From the NCBI RefSeq assembly GCF_009914755.1, contig NC_060926.1: DNA of 64,000 bases; one strand, 5' to 3'. The notes under the pieces are model-generated. The model was not told the origin of the DNA. It saw only the letters and a program-made list of their open reading frames with translations, and did no database searches. The translations under genes were made by a program, and so were the position numbers. Shown piece by piece: positions 26,765-39,595 of this stretch. Position 1 is the stretch's first letter; every line of letters starts with the position of its first letter. This DNA is from the human T2T-CHM13v2.0 reference genome, Homo sapiens.

Positions 26765-27310
26765 TGCATTCCACTTTACCTATCTGCTCTCAGTTTCATT
26801 CTCCAACTTTTCCTCCTTTTTATCTATATCAGAGGAAACTAAATTTTCCAGAACCCCTTGCCCACTGGCTTTCAACTAGTGCCAACCAATGGGACACACT
26901 CAATAGAAATAGGAAGGCAGGATAAAATGAGAAGTCAAGGTTTTTCACTCCACAGTTTTTCCCTGTAGCTCTCTACCTCTACTGTTATGTCCAGCGATGG
27001 CCAGTTTTTCTCAGTGGCTCCATTACCCACCAAACAACCCTTTACTGCATGAATGGAGGTCTGTTGTGTAGTGTACTTCCAGCTTCTCCCAGGTAGTCCT
27101 GGCTTCTAAGATCCAGTAAGGTGGTCTTCTGGGTTTCTTCTTTCAGCATAATCATGGTAACAACTTCCTGCCATTACAGATTTCTGGATCGTCTTATCCT
27201 TTGTTTGGCTTTTTTAGCTCTAATTTCAACTGTGTCAACATTCTCTTTGTTAAATTCTGTTTGAAATCCAAAAGTGGCTTCTGTTTCTCTGACTTGATTC
27301 CAATGGATAC
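26765..27310. mobile_element. Old ERVL LTR (LTR33-like)
   Basis: ccccttgcccactggctttcaactagtgccaaccaatgggacacac...aggaaggcagga. Confidence 0.5.
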
Positions 27311-27527
27311 ATCAGCATTGCCAAAAACAAAAAAAACAATAACTGAACCTGCATTGCAATTATAGAACCTGTACAAATGACAAGCATAAAATATGTGGTC
27401 AATAAAATATAAAACTCTTTCTTTGGGAGCTCTTATTCAATTCAAGGGAGGGGCCAACTTTCCCAGACCCTTTCATTATCTGCACCTACACTCATTGTGA
27501 ATGTCATTAATTTATTTCTTCACTCAT

Positions 27528-28088
27528 TGTATTAGGGTTCTCTAGAGGAATAGAATTAATGGGATATATATATGTGTATATATATATGTACATATATACA
27601 TGTATATACATATATACATATATATGTGTGTGTACATATATATATATATGTACACACACACACACACACATATATATATGTAAAGGGGAGTTTATTAAGT
27701 ATTAACTCACACGATCACAAGGTCCCACAATAGGACGTCTGCAGGCTGAGGAGCAAGGAGAGCCAGTCCAAGTTCCAAAACTGAAGAACTTGGAGTCCAA
27801 TGTTCAAGGGCAGGAAGCATCAAACATTGGAGTCTCTCTTTCATGGGAGAAAGGTGTAGGCTGGGAGGCTAGGCCAGTCTCTCTTTTCACATTTTTCTGC
27901 CTGCTTATATTCTAGCTGCATTGGCAACTGATTAGATTGTGCCCACCCATATTAAGGGTGGGTCTGCCTTTCCCAGCCCACTGACTCAAATGTTAATCTC
28001 CTTTGGCAACACCCACACAGACACACCCAGCATCAATACTTTGTATCCTTCAATCCAATCAAGTTTACACTCAGTATTAACCATCATA
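27528..28088 (-). mobile_element. MLT2A1 (HERVL) solo LTR with internal (TA/CA)n
   Basis: tgtattagggttctctagagg ... cagtattaaccatcata; exact 5-bp TSD CTCAT at 27523-27527 and 28089-28093. Confidence 0.92.
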
Positions 28089-30879
28089 CTCATCTATTCA
28101 TTCATTCCATAAAATATTTAATGAGAAACCACCTTGTCCTTGAATAATTTCCTGAGGATATAGAAATGAACAAAACAAAGTTGCTGCTCTTATCATCTTT
28201 GGAAGTAGAACTTTCTAAAGTGTTATCAAAAAATGAAGTAATGTAATGCTTATTTGTCTTTAAAATTAATGAAATCAAATTAACAATAGCTATTTTATTA
28301 GTGAAGGTTAGCAAAAAAAGTATAATTATTCTATAATTGGGATTTCAAATTTAGCATGACCATTCCTAGTTGGAGTAGACAGTTAGAATTTTTCATTTCC
28401 AGCAAGAAGTTCTTCTTTACTATGGTGTATTTCAGTACATGACCAAAAACTTGTTTCACTAAAAGTACAAAGTTAAATTTCCACACTTGTTGTCACAGGA
28501 GTTTCAGTTTACTAAAAAGAACTGCTGCCTTTTGATATCATAACCTGTGCATGAAGCATTCTCATTCTTTTAATAGAATGACCCCTCATCTATTAGTATA
28601 GTAGGTAACATTAGAACTCAGAGATACTCATCGCAGATATTCATGTCAGTTTAAAGCTGCTGGAAAAAATATAATTACACATATTTATAATAAAGATGAT
28701 TTTTATTCATTGTTTTTATTTGCCACCTTGCATTTTTTTCTATAAAGTGGCTTATTAATACCACTAGTCATACAAACTACTTCACTCAGTTGAATTTTAA
28801 ACAACATTATGATTTTTAGCTTTGAATATAGTCTATTTGATTATTTGTTTATGACACCGTTATTATGTGTTTTACTCCAATGTGCTTTCACTTTATTTTT
28901 TGGACACCATGTGTAAATTTCAAGAGAGAAACAGTGTGATAGCTCAAAAGTGATATTTGACAAGTTTTGCATTCTAGCACCCTACAATATTTAGTAGCCT
29001 TGTGATATTAAAAAAATGTTTGATGTGGGAACGCTTTAAAGTGCCTTTAAGATTTCAGACTTCATTATACCCTGTTTTATGAGAAAAACACCAAAATAAT
29101 AAAAAAGTAGTTCCTCAAGACATAGCTATCTAGCTGAGAAAATATTTTTGGAGTACTTATGCATAAGACATTGCTGTGTTCAGTTTATTTTTCTTTATGG
29201 TATTTTTATGCATTCAATATATACTTTGCTTCCACTTTAGTTTCACCATATTAGTTGCTATTGGATACAAAAGTGAATCAGATAAAATTACTATCCTCAA
29301 GAATTACCTACTCAGGGGGAGGACCAGACATTAACATAAAGTGTTACTTTTGTAAAAATGGTATGTAAAAGGCAAAGTGTTGGCACAAAAAAGAACGAGG
29401 AAGTTTGCATAGGGAAAGTGAGGAGATAGAGATATGTATCATCATTAAAACCTCCATAGAAACTTAACTGTGATCTTTGTGGTAGGCTTTGACATGCAAT
29501 TTTACTCAAAAGGGCATAAATATATGAAGTAACCAAACAGCATGATATGTCTGGGTCATATAAGCGGCTTTTTATTAATAGACCAAAATGGAAGCAAAAA
29601 CGGCGGCGAAGTTCAGGGTGAAATATCATGGAATTCTTATAGCATCCTTCCTGTCTTTTTTAGTTAGGAATCTTTTGGCTTCAAAAACCAGAATCTCTAA
29701 ACTCCATAAGCTGTATATTGAAAATGACTTCATTTCATCATGTAACTGAAATACCCAGGGCTAATATCAGAAGAAGAATCTGAGACTAGATCCAGATGAC
29801 CTCATTTATTAAAGGCAGTATTTTAGCAATCATATAAAATTGCTGGAGATTCAGGTGATGTACAAAAGGATTTAAGGGAATTAATCAGCTTACCCTAGGC
29901 TTCTTACGACTATGTGGGACTGAGAGACAATGTGGACACCATTGCCTCAGCAAGAGCACAGTCACTGGTGAGGAAACCAGGGAGATCTGATTAGCCATGC
30001 TCTCTGAACAGCCACTAAGCTGATTTCTTTCATTATCCTTTGCTGCCTTTATATGCTTTGAGGTTATAAATGTAAAATCTAACTTCTAAAAGAGTTGAAG
30101 TGTTCATTAAAGTGTTCATTTTCACAATGTGTCAAAGCTAGTGCTCTCTATGAGATTAATTCGCTTCTCAAGAAAATTTAAAATGCCATTACCTTTTCTA
30201 TCACTCAAGGGACAGATGAAGAAGCATGAACAAATTTAGTAACATTTTTATTAAGACCAACTAACTAGCATCTTCATTTGTTACAATATTTTCTCTACAT
30301 CCCATATACAAATTGTGTATATTATATATTTTATGACTGACATTTGGAGTCCATAAATTTGCTACACAAATTAATGTGCAAAAGCTCTTATCTTAATTTT
30401 GTGCAAAAGTCATCTTAATTATGTTATAACCACTTTAGAAGATAGGCTATATTGTTATAATTTCCTAACCGTAGCCTCTACTACAAAGGTATTTATTTTT
30501 TCATCAATTACATAGAGAGTATATACTGAGTCAGACAATGTTCCAATTGTTAGAAAGAGAAAGATGATTCGAACACTATTTCTTATCACAAATTTCAGAT
30601 TAAATGTTTAGCACTACTGCTTACCACAAGTTAATATTAAAGCAAGAGTCATATTATAACGAGTTTACTGAAGTGCAGTCAAAGAAAGACTATGGTTAGC
30701 GTATGAAAAAGTAGATCACACAGAAAGAAAGAAATGTTATTCTATGGTAGAGGAGGAAATTCTCAGGACAATGTCACAGATTAGCTTCTTTAGACCAAAT
30801 AACGTAATATAAATTAGAGTTTAGAGAGGAAGGAAAATAACACTTCAGTATCTCTTTCTCTCTCTCTCCCTCTCTCTCT

Positions 30880-31310
30880 CATATACCTATTTAGTGTGGA
30901 TCTGCGGATTACATTTTCTTTCAGATTCTTTTTATCCAGAAAAAAATGATTTCCCTTTTTCTTTTTGAAGATAATTTTACTAGTATAGGATTCTATGTTG
31001 AAATCATTTTATTTCAGCACTATTAAGATGTCATTCCATTATACCCTGATTTCCATAATTTTTGCTAAAAAATCATGTGTACTTTTTTGTTGCTCTTTTA
31101 AAGATAATGTGCCTTCTACCCCCTTAATACTTTTAAAAGTCAACTTTGGAATTTTGTTTCCATTTGTTTTCATATAATTGTCCAAATGAGGTTTTTTAAA
31201 AAAAAAAAAATTCTAAATGAGTTTAGCAAACTTCTCAAATCAGTTTTGGAAAATGTCAACTAGTATTGTTTCAAATACTGCATTTCCTCTGCTCTCCTAA
31301 AATCACAATG
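30880..31310 (-). mobile_element. Old L1M fragment
   Basis: T-rich antisense L1 motifs (ttgaagataattttactagtataggattct, ttcagcactattaagatgtcattccatt). Confidence 0.6.
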
Positions 31311-31371
31311 CTAGTAAGTTCATAGAGTTAGGATTTGATTACAACTAAGATAATATGAGTTTATTCGCTAT

Positions 31372-31686
31372 ATATTTTTTTATTTTTATTTTTATTTTAT
31401 TTTTTGGAGACAGAGTCTTGCTCTGTTGCCCAGGCTGGAGTGCAGTGGTTCGATCTCGGCTCACTGAATCCTCTGCCTCCCGGGTTCAAGTGATTGTTCT
31501 GCCTCAGCCTCCCAAGTAACTGGGACTACAGGCACACGCCACCACACCTGGCTAATTTTTGTATTTTTAGTAGAGACAGGGTTTCACCATATTGGCCAGG
31601 CTGGTCTTGAACTCCTGACCTCATGATCTGACTGCCTCGGCCTCCCGAAGTGCTGGGATTACAGGTGTGAGCAACTGTGCCTGGCC
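31372..31686 (-). mobile_element. AluS
   Basis: (TTTTA)n tail and full dimer. Confidence 0.95.
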
Positions 31687-31906
31687 TTTGTTATATTTTT
31701 AACTTCTATGCTAAAAATATACAATGACCTTCTCTATGTCTGCATTTGTTCAAAAGATTCAGTTTTGTTTAAAATTTTCTCAAATATTTTCTTTAAATTG
31801 TATTTTAAGGTATCTTCAAACAAAGCAACGAGTTCAAAAACAATCTTTATTTTATTTAAATCGATATTTTTTCCAAAAAACTCAAGATATGTGCTAAATA
31901 TGTGGG

Positions 31907-31944
31907 CTGTGTGTGTGCATGTGCGTGTGTGTGTGTGTGTGTGT
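31907..31944. repeat. (TG)n microsatellite
   Basis: Seen directly. Confidence 0.9.
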
Positions 31945-33479
31945 TCAATTTATTAACTGCTGCAGATATGTTAGAATGGGATTTTCCTATTTAAGTAGCA
32001 TTTCCTGACTTTGACATTAGTATCTTTTTATCTACATATAAGAATTTTACAAATTGTATTTGAAGTCCTTCCTACATTACTCCTGATGACTTTTATTTTA
32101 AACAGGTTCTCATTTTCTAAGAGGGTGTTTTTAATATACCGTCTCATTATATGACCCAGAAGTTTATAACAGACTTAGTGTTTCTATCATATACTATTTA
32201 AGAAAATGATTTTAAATATAGAAAACGGGAAAGATTTCTATTTGTATCATTACATAGAAAAATCACAATATAATATTAATAGAGAATTATTATTTGTTCC
32301 AAGATGTATTAAGACAAAGAAGAAAATGAATAATTATTTTTAGACTAGTATTTGAATTAACAAAGTATTATGCTAATAGATTCTATGTATTATACACTAA
32401 TATATCTGGAAAAAATAAAATAATATCCAAAATATTTTCAAATATTTAGATTTCCGCTGAGTGATAATGCCATTTCTTTTAAGCATTTTATACAGTTTTT
32501 GGTGTATTTAGTGTCCAATTTCTCAATGAGGGATTAATTATTCGAACATGAAAATATTTTGTCAAATTTTAAGATTGTGTTTAGTTGAAACCAGAGGGTG
32601 CCATGCAATAAGAAGAATGAAAAAATAAGCTTAAATATTTTGACAATTGCAAATGTGAGAATGTTTTCTTACCAAAAACAAAGTGGCAAAATTTCAATGT
32701 TTAATTTTATTTGGAAAAGAGTAAATTATCTTACTGAATTATCGTAATTATATAAATTCCTACATGCAGTCTCTAATTTGATGTTTACTTATCAGTTTTA
32801 TCATAAATAATTAGTTTCTGTACCAAAATCCTTCATATTTAAAATATAGATGCCAATTAAAGTTGTAGAATTTTTTTGACTATTATTTATGGAAAGAATT
32901 TGTAGACCTTATCTATTAAATTACACTTTTAAGTGGTATTTTTCTAAAGAATATATTTTGTGCTGATTCTAATCATTGTATCATATGATTGAAATAACTT
33001 ACCTATTTCAGTTGAGAATCTAATGAATCAAGTCTGTATGACTCATTTAATTTTGAAAACATTGAGTTGTGTCATAATCTTGGGACCTTGGCTCCAACGT
33101 ATCCTATAACCTCATTAGAACAGAGGCTTAACCAAGGCTGGGAGCAGAATGGCTAAATGGAATGTTTTGCTGGCCATTATGGGTGCAGTCAGCAATTCAA
33201 ATAATTATATTTAAAAGATAACTAAAGAATTAACAAGTACATCAATACTTTTAATTATTGACGTATTAATTCCAACTACTGGAAACAAGGGCAGAAACCA
33301 AATATAGGATGGAAAATGTGAGCTGTTACCCAGAATAACCAGAGAAATATTGGGCCTGAATGTAGTCCCCAACCACTAGATACAAAGTGCATCTTCCTAT
33401 AAGAGGAAAGAAGTGTTTTAGTTCAGAGCAATCTGGCTAGATAGAATTGAGATCTCAATGAAAGGAATATTTAATTCCA

Positions 33480-34570
33480 CTAGGCGAAAATATAAACTGT
33501 TAACAGAAGAAAAAGAAAACATAATGGCAGAACAAGAATCATGAACAACAAAGAGTAGATTTGAAAAAAAATAGAAATTCTGAAAATAAAAAATATAGAT
33601 ACTGCAATTTAATACTACATTGATAGTTAAAACAGAAAACATGATGTGACAAGAACGAATTATTTAATTAAAAGATAGAGAATGCTGCAAATATAAGACA
33701 GTATTTAAATGGAGAAGGTTAATATATGATTAAAAAAAAAAGAGTTCCAGAAAAAGAACAGAGATATACAGGACAAAATGATAAATAAAATTGTTTTCCA
33801 TGTAATTGATAAGCTGATCCCAAATGTAAATGGAAAAGCAGAGTCTAATCTAGACAAGACAAACTTGTAGAAAAGTAGAATAAATAAGAGGAGGAGAAGA
33901 TGAGCTTAAAAAGGAATAAAAAACCTGTAATCCCAGCACTTTGGGAGGCCGAGGCAGGCAGATCACGAGGTCATGAGATGGAGACCATCCTAGCTAACAC
34001 AGTGAACCGCGTCTTTACTAAAAATACACAAAATTAGCCGGGCATGGTGGCGGGCATCTGTAGTCCCAGCTACTCTGGGGCTGAGGCAGGAGAATGGTGT
34101 GAACCTGGGAGGAGGAGTTTGCAGTGAGCCGAGATCCTGTCACTGAGCTCCAGCCTGGGCGACAAAGCGAGACACTGTCTCAAAAAAAAAAAAAAAAAAA
34201 AAGGAAAAAAAGGGAATAAAAAAGAAAAAGTAGAATTTTAAAAGAGAAGAAAAGGAGGAAGAGAAAGAAAACAGGCAATTTCTATTTAAAGATAAGTTTA
34301 TGGTAATTAAAACAGTGTAGTATTGATAAATGAAAAAATAAGCAAACAATAGAACAGAATAAAGCACATAGAATCAGATCCACAAATATGACACTGTAGT
34401 ATGTAAGTTACAGGGAATTACATACTACTGGAGAAGAAGTGACTCCGCTTAATGGCACTAGAATAACTGGGTATCCAAATGAATAAAAAGAAAATTTAGA
34501 ATCTTATTTCAGATCAGACATAAAAATTCATCCCAGGTAGGCTAACACACAGAACTTTAAGGCATTTAAA
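33480..34570 (+). mobile_element. Old L1M fragments interrupted by an Alu
   Basis: aattgataagctgatcccaaatg, ggtaattaaaacagtgtagtattg, aactgggtatccaaatg. Confidence 0.6.
33924..34202 (+). mobile_element. AluY-like, 5'-truncated
   Basis: Starts at cctgtaatcccagc; gagaccatcctagctaacac; flanked by aaaaaggaataaaaaa-like TSD. Confidence 0.92.
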
Positions 34571-34939
34571 ACTGTTTGGATATTTTAATTTTTTTAAGTT
34601 GCTAAAAGATACAGCATCAAAAATCTATTTTATAAGCATCACTTTATTCCATCCCATGTGACTTCAAATCATTCTCTAACAAAACTTTTTTATATGCATG
34701 CATGCATGCTTTTCTTGTTTTTTAAATTGTAAACTAGTTATTAAAATATACATTCTAAAATTCTCCACTTTTAAATTAATTGAGTAACTTTTTCATTATT
34801 CAACATTTAAAATATCAAATAAGGGTAGCTTACATGTGTTGGTTACAGCTACAAGTCTTTAAACTTTTTCAAATGATACATTGGATAATATATTTATGTT
34901 TTAAAAAACTTGATTTCTTTCACCATCTATCATTTTCAT

Positions 34940-35419
34940 GTGGGAGATCAGATGCAACACTGGAGGCAGAACTCAGACACCAGACCAAATTGAGGACTAG
35001 CTAAAACATGGCCAGGGAAGAAGTAGCTCTCCATAAGACATATATGCCAGTGTGCCATGCCAGTTCATTGCCATTGCAACACCTGGAAGTTACTGCCCCT
35101 TTCCATGGCAATGACCTGGCGATCTGGATGTTACCAGCCCTTTCCTAGAAATTTCTGTATAATCCACCTCTTAGTCTGCATGTAATTAAAAGTGGATATA
35201 AATATGACTGCAGAATTGCCATTCAGCTGCTACTCTGAGCACACTGCCTGCAGGGTAGCTCTGCTGTACAAGGAGCAGTATCTCTGCTGCTGCTGTACAT
35301 TGCCACTTCAATAAAAGTTCCTGTTTAACACCACCAGCTTGCCCCTGAATTCTTTCCTGTGTGAAGCCAGGACCCTCCCTAGCTAAGCCTCAATTTTGGG
35401 ACTTGCCTGCCCTGCATCA
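34940..35419 (+). mobile_element. ERV1 solo LTR, LTR19-like
   Basis: agaccaaattgaggactagctaaaac, TATA (ggatataaata), AATAAA, ends cttgcctgccctgcatca. Confidence 0.75.
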
Positions 35420-35568
35420 ATTCTAAAGCGTTACATTTTTGGATATATTCTTTAAGAACACCCTTAAATCTTCATATAAATACTTGCATCTTCCTCTCAT
35501 CCCTGTCTTCACAAAGAAATCTCTTTTTACGGTCTCCTTGTGAGCTTCTTTGCTATTTTCAAATGCCA

Positions 35569-36330
35569 TGTATTTTGGTTATCTGTTGCTGTAAACAATC
35601 TCCCCCAAAACTGAGTGGATTAAAACAATAATTATTTAATTATCACTTAAAATACTCTTGGTAAGACATCTGAACAAGGCATAGTGGGTTTGGATGGTCT
35701 CAGCTTTATATAATGTCTGCTGGGCAGAATTAATACATGATTTACCAGGCCAGTGCAAAAAGAAGAAGTTGGACTTGTTCATAAATTATTAAGTATTTCA
35801 ATTTAGTGATAGCAGAGCATTAAGCCAAGCACAGAAACCTTAAAGCATAGGAGCCTTCCGTGTAACTGCTCAGGTCACACATCTATAAAGCCTGCCCTGC
35901 TGCTGGTCATAAAACATTCACAATGGCTTTTACATCACATGCCTGATACCCCAGCTAGGATGGTTCAAAAAACTGGAGGCTGGTTAGCATGGCTTAACTT
36001 GGATCATACGTCTGGGATTTTGTCCTTACTGTCAGCTGGGTTTCTTGGTTCTGCTATATAGTTGTAGGACATTTTCCTCTTCACACAGCATCCCCAACTG
36101 GCCTGTCACCCTGGTTGAGGCTTCTCATATTCTGGATGCTGGGTTCTAAGAGGAAGAAGGTGAAAGCCACCTGTACTTTTTAAACCTGCACTTAGAAGTT
36201 CTCTGCATTTTATGCAGTAAAGCACTTCACATAGACAGCCAAGATTCAAAGAGAGGGTAAATAAACTATGTATTGATGTGCAAAGCAGAAAAGTGATGTG
36301 AAAGAGAAGGAATTTGGGGGACTATCATGT
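35569..36330 (-). mobile_element. Old MaLR LTR (MLT1-type) split by MER45A
   Basis: tgtattttggttatctgttgctgtaaacaa...aaaactgagtggattaaaacaata. Confidence 0.65.
35725..35899 (-). mobile_element. MER45A (hAT-Tip100 MITE)
   Basis: CAG...CTG termini; gcagagcattaagccaagc; 8-bp TSD ctgctggg/ctgctggt. Confidence 0.8.
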
Positions 36331-36491
36331 TACTTGCATAATATGAAATATGAGAAGTACTATTTAAAAAATAGTCACAGAACTCAGCATTTGAATGCAG
36401 ATCTGTTTCATTTCAAAGTCCACATTCTTTCCACGACTACAAACTTTCTCTCAAGAATTAGGGGCTAGATTTTATTTTAAGATTCATATCA

Positions 36492-36777
36492 GGCCGGAAG
36501 GGGTGGCTCACACCTGTAATCCCAGCACTTTGGGAGGCCAAGGCAGGTGGATCACGAGGTCAAGAGTTTGAGACCAGGCTGGCCAATATGGTGAAACACC
36601 ATCTCTACTGAAAACACAAAAATTAGCCGGGCATGGTCGTGCTCCCCTGTAGTCCCAACTACTCAGGAGGCTGAGGCAGGAGAATTGCTTGAACCTGGGA
36701 GACGGAGGTTACAGTGAGCTGAGATCCACCACTGCACTCCAGCCTGGGTGACAGAGAGAGACTCGTCTTAAAAAAAA
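36492..36777 (+). mobile_element. AluS
   Basis: Full dimer; degenerate TSD gattcatatca/gaatcaaatca. Confidence 0.95.
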
Positions 36778-36904
36778 GGAATCAAATCAGAATATAAAGG
36801 CACATTGTTATGGATTTTTTTTCAGAATCACAGTATACAAAACATACACTCACCAAATTTAATTAATGTGCAATAACCTGATGTTTTCGATTGGAACGAT
36901 AAGA

Positions 36905-37202
<298 letters not shown>

Positions 37203-37239
37203 GGAACTATAGGAATTTATCCATAACTTGACTAAGAAG

Positions 37240-37511
37240 GAAATGGTGAAATCTTCCCTTTCACCTTCTGACGCTTCACTGACAATCAGTGAACAAAAGG
37301 CAGATTTAGAGGAGAAAGGACATACAAATTTATTAATGTGCAAATAAGGCAAACAAAGGAATGTTAGATAACAACTTCATCCTGTACTTTGGGAAAGACA
37401 AAGGATTGAGGACAAAAGTGGGGGTGATTCTCAGAGAGATCTTGAGGCCTCTTCCTCAGTTCAGCATGTCAAAGCACCATATTTTGCGGTATCAGTTTCT
37501 GAGCCCCAACA
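37240..37511 (-). mobile_element. Internally deleted ERV1 LTR (MER39/MER34/LOR1-type)
   Basis: Reverse strand begins tgttggggctcagaaactgataccgcaaaatatggtgctttgacatgctgaactg. Confidence 0.6.
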
Positions 37512-37527
37512 ACCCCTAATTTCTGAA

Positions 37528-37616
37528 CTCCCATCCAAGTACTAACCAGGCACCACCCTGCTTGGCTTCCACGATCAGACGAGATCGGGCGTGTTCAGGG
37601 TGGTATGGCTGTAGAC
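37528..37616 (-). pseudogene. RNA5SP114: 5S rRNA processed pseudogene, 3'-truncated (about nt 1-89), no poly-A tail
   Basis: Reverse complement GTCTACAGCCATACCACCCTGAACACGCCCGATCTCGTCTGATC...CTGGTTAGTACTTGGATGGGAG matches human 5S rRNA; exact 13-bp TSD taatttctgaact. The symbol is from recall and is less certain than the 5S call. Confidence 0.92.
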
Positions 37617-39337
37617 TAATTTCTGAACTAAAAGTGGGAAACATTGCTTTCATAATAGTAAGTGATTTCTGTAAAATTAGAATGACACTGTAATATTTCT
37701 ATAATTTTTCTCACTTAAATAATATAACCTAGAAATTAGAAAACTACACTAAATTAAAAAGAAGAAAAATTGTATAAAATTTAGGAAGTGCAGACAATTA
37801 TCAAATATTTAAATAATTTTTATTTCTACCACCCAGACTATCCACTAATAACATTCTATGCATACTTTGCATTACTTTTTTTTGTCATCACCATTGTATA
37901 CATAGTATAAAAATAAAGGTTAGAAACATCTCTATTATATTAATCATTATCACCTTCCCCCTTATATAAATTACACTCTTTATCTATATCATTATGTTTA
38001 TTTGCAATTCCTTTCTCATTTATCTATGATTTCCATGTCTTGGCCAAATGTTACCTGTTTTAATATAGGCATTAAAACACCTCATCTCCTGTTTTAGAGT
38101 AAATTATGGTTCTAGAGTCAAATTATTTGGTGGTTAATGGAATATAGAATATGAAACAGTAAAGGAAGCAGCATTATCTGAAATAGAAGAAAACTGAGGG
38201 AAACGTACTATCCCAAACCTCTAAAACAATCCTACTAGATTTTAAGTTGTTTCTTCCCAAATACTAACAACATCGTAACTTTCTTGAAAGTTAAAAAAAA
38301 AGAGAGAGATGTATCCATAATTTACCTGTGGGTCTAAAATAATTAACGGTTCATTGAAATTTTTGAAATTAATAGTTAAAATTACAATTATAACTTATGT
38401 TTATAGTTGAGACATCACTTTCTTGCCTTCAATAATATTTTTCTTTTTTGTTTTCCTGAGACTTTGGAATTTGAGATTCAAGTAGAATTCTGATTAATTT
38501 TCAAATCAAAATTGGAATATTTTAAAACATAAAGCTCCTAATACAGTGTGATAGGCCGCCTCTAATTTAATGTCTCTTGACTATTTTCCACTGCTACTCA
38601 TATAAACTGTTTCAATGAGGCTCTGTGAAAACGATGTCTAACAGAACAACCGTATTTATAGAACAGAGTTTTCAGATTTTTTTGTGTGTCAATACATGCT
38701 GTGTGTCCTTAAACATACCCTGTATAAGTTCCAAGTGGAGTCATGCTCTGTCATAACAACCAGTCCAATTTTCCATTATATAAAAAAGTTAATTATGTAT
38801 CTGTATTCTGAAGCAAACGTAAACGAGATGTGTAGCTGTATGAGAATTATTTCTCACTTATGACATCTACGTCTTATATTCCACATGGCAGATTTCATGA
38901 GCTTTTTATATTGTATAAATTTTGTACACAGATGAATCCCTGTGACAGAAAATTGTCAAATGTGTTTTCTCCTTTGAAACTCACTTCATCATTGTTAAAA
39001 TCTCAATAAACAAAACTATAATGCTTTTTATTTCTCAACCCATCACTGAAACCTTAGAAAAACCATTGTTATTATTACTGTATAATCTAAAAATATAATT
39101 ATTTCTAGATAATCTTTAAGAATTTGCATAACGGAATTTTTAATGAGATTTTTCTGGCTGTCTTGTTGTGCTGAAAACCCAAAACGAGAAATAAAGAGGA
39201 GCTATACTGGTATTTTCTAAAGAGAGCCACCCGCAAAAATAAAAGAACTAGTTCCTACCCCTTCTTCAGATAGGAAGAGGATTGGGAATGGGGAAAGCAG
39301 CACTGTAGTCCTCAGCCTTTGGGAGGTGCAATGTAAG

Positions 39338-39595
39338 TTTTTGATTTTGTTTGTTAGGACGGGGTCTCTTTCTGTCGCCCGGGCTGGAGTGCAGTGAGGC
39401 TATCTCTGGTCACTGCAACCTCCGCCTTCAGGGCTCAAGCAATTCTTCTGCCTCCACCTCCCGATTTTTGTGTTTTTTGTAGAGACAGAGTCTCGCAGTG
39501 TGGCCCAGGGGGGGTCTCCAACTCCTGGGCTCAAGCGATCTGCCCACTCGACCTCCAAAAGTGAGGGGATTACAGGCTGAGCCAACACTCCCAGC
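39338..39595 (-). mobile_element. AluJ with an internal deletion
   Basis: ctcctgggctcaagcgatc diagnostic; right arm shortened. Confidence 0.88.

Noticed and set aside
28100-30850. Long stretch largely free of recognisable repeats, a possible conserved element or lncRNA exon
   Set aside because: No motif, structure or splice pattern I can support without conservation or expression data
37528-37616. Functional 5S rRNA gene
   Set aside because: 3'-truncated, diverged, flanked by a TSD and without a Pol III terminator; called as a pseudogene
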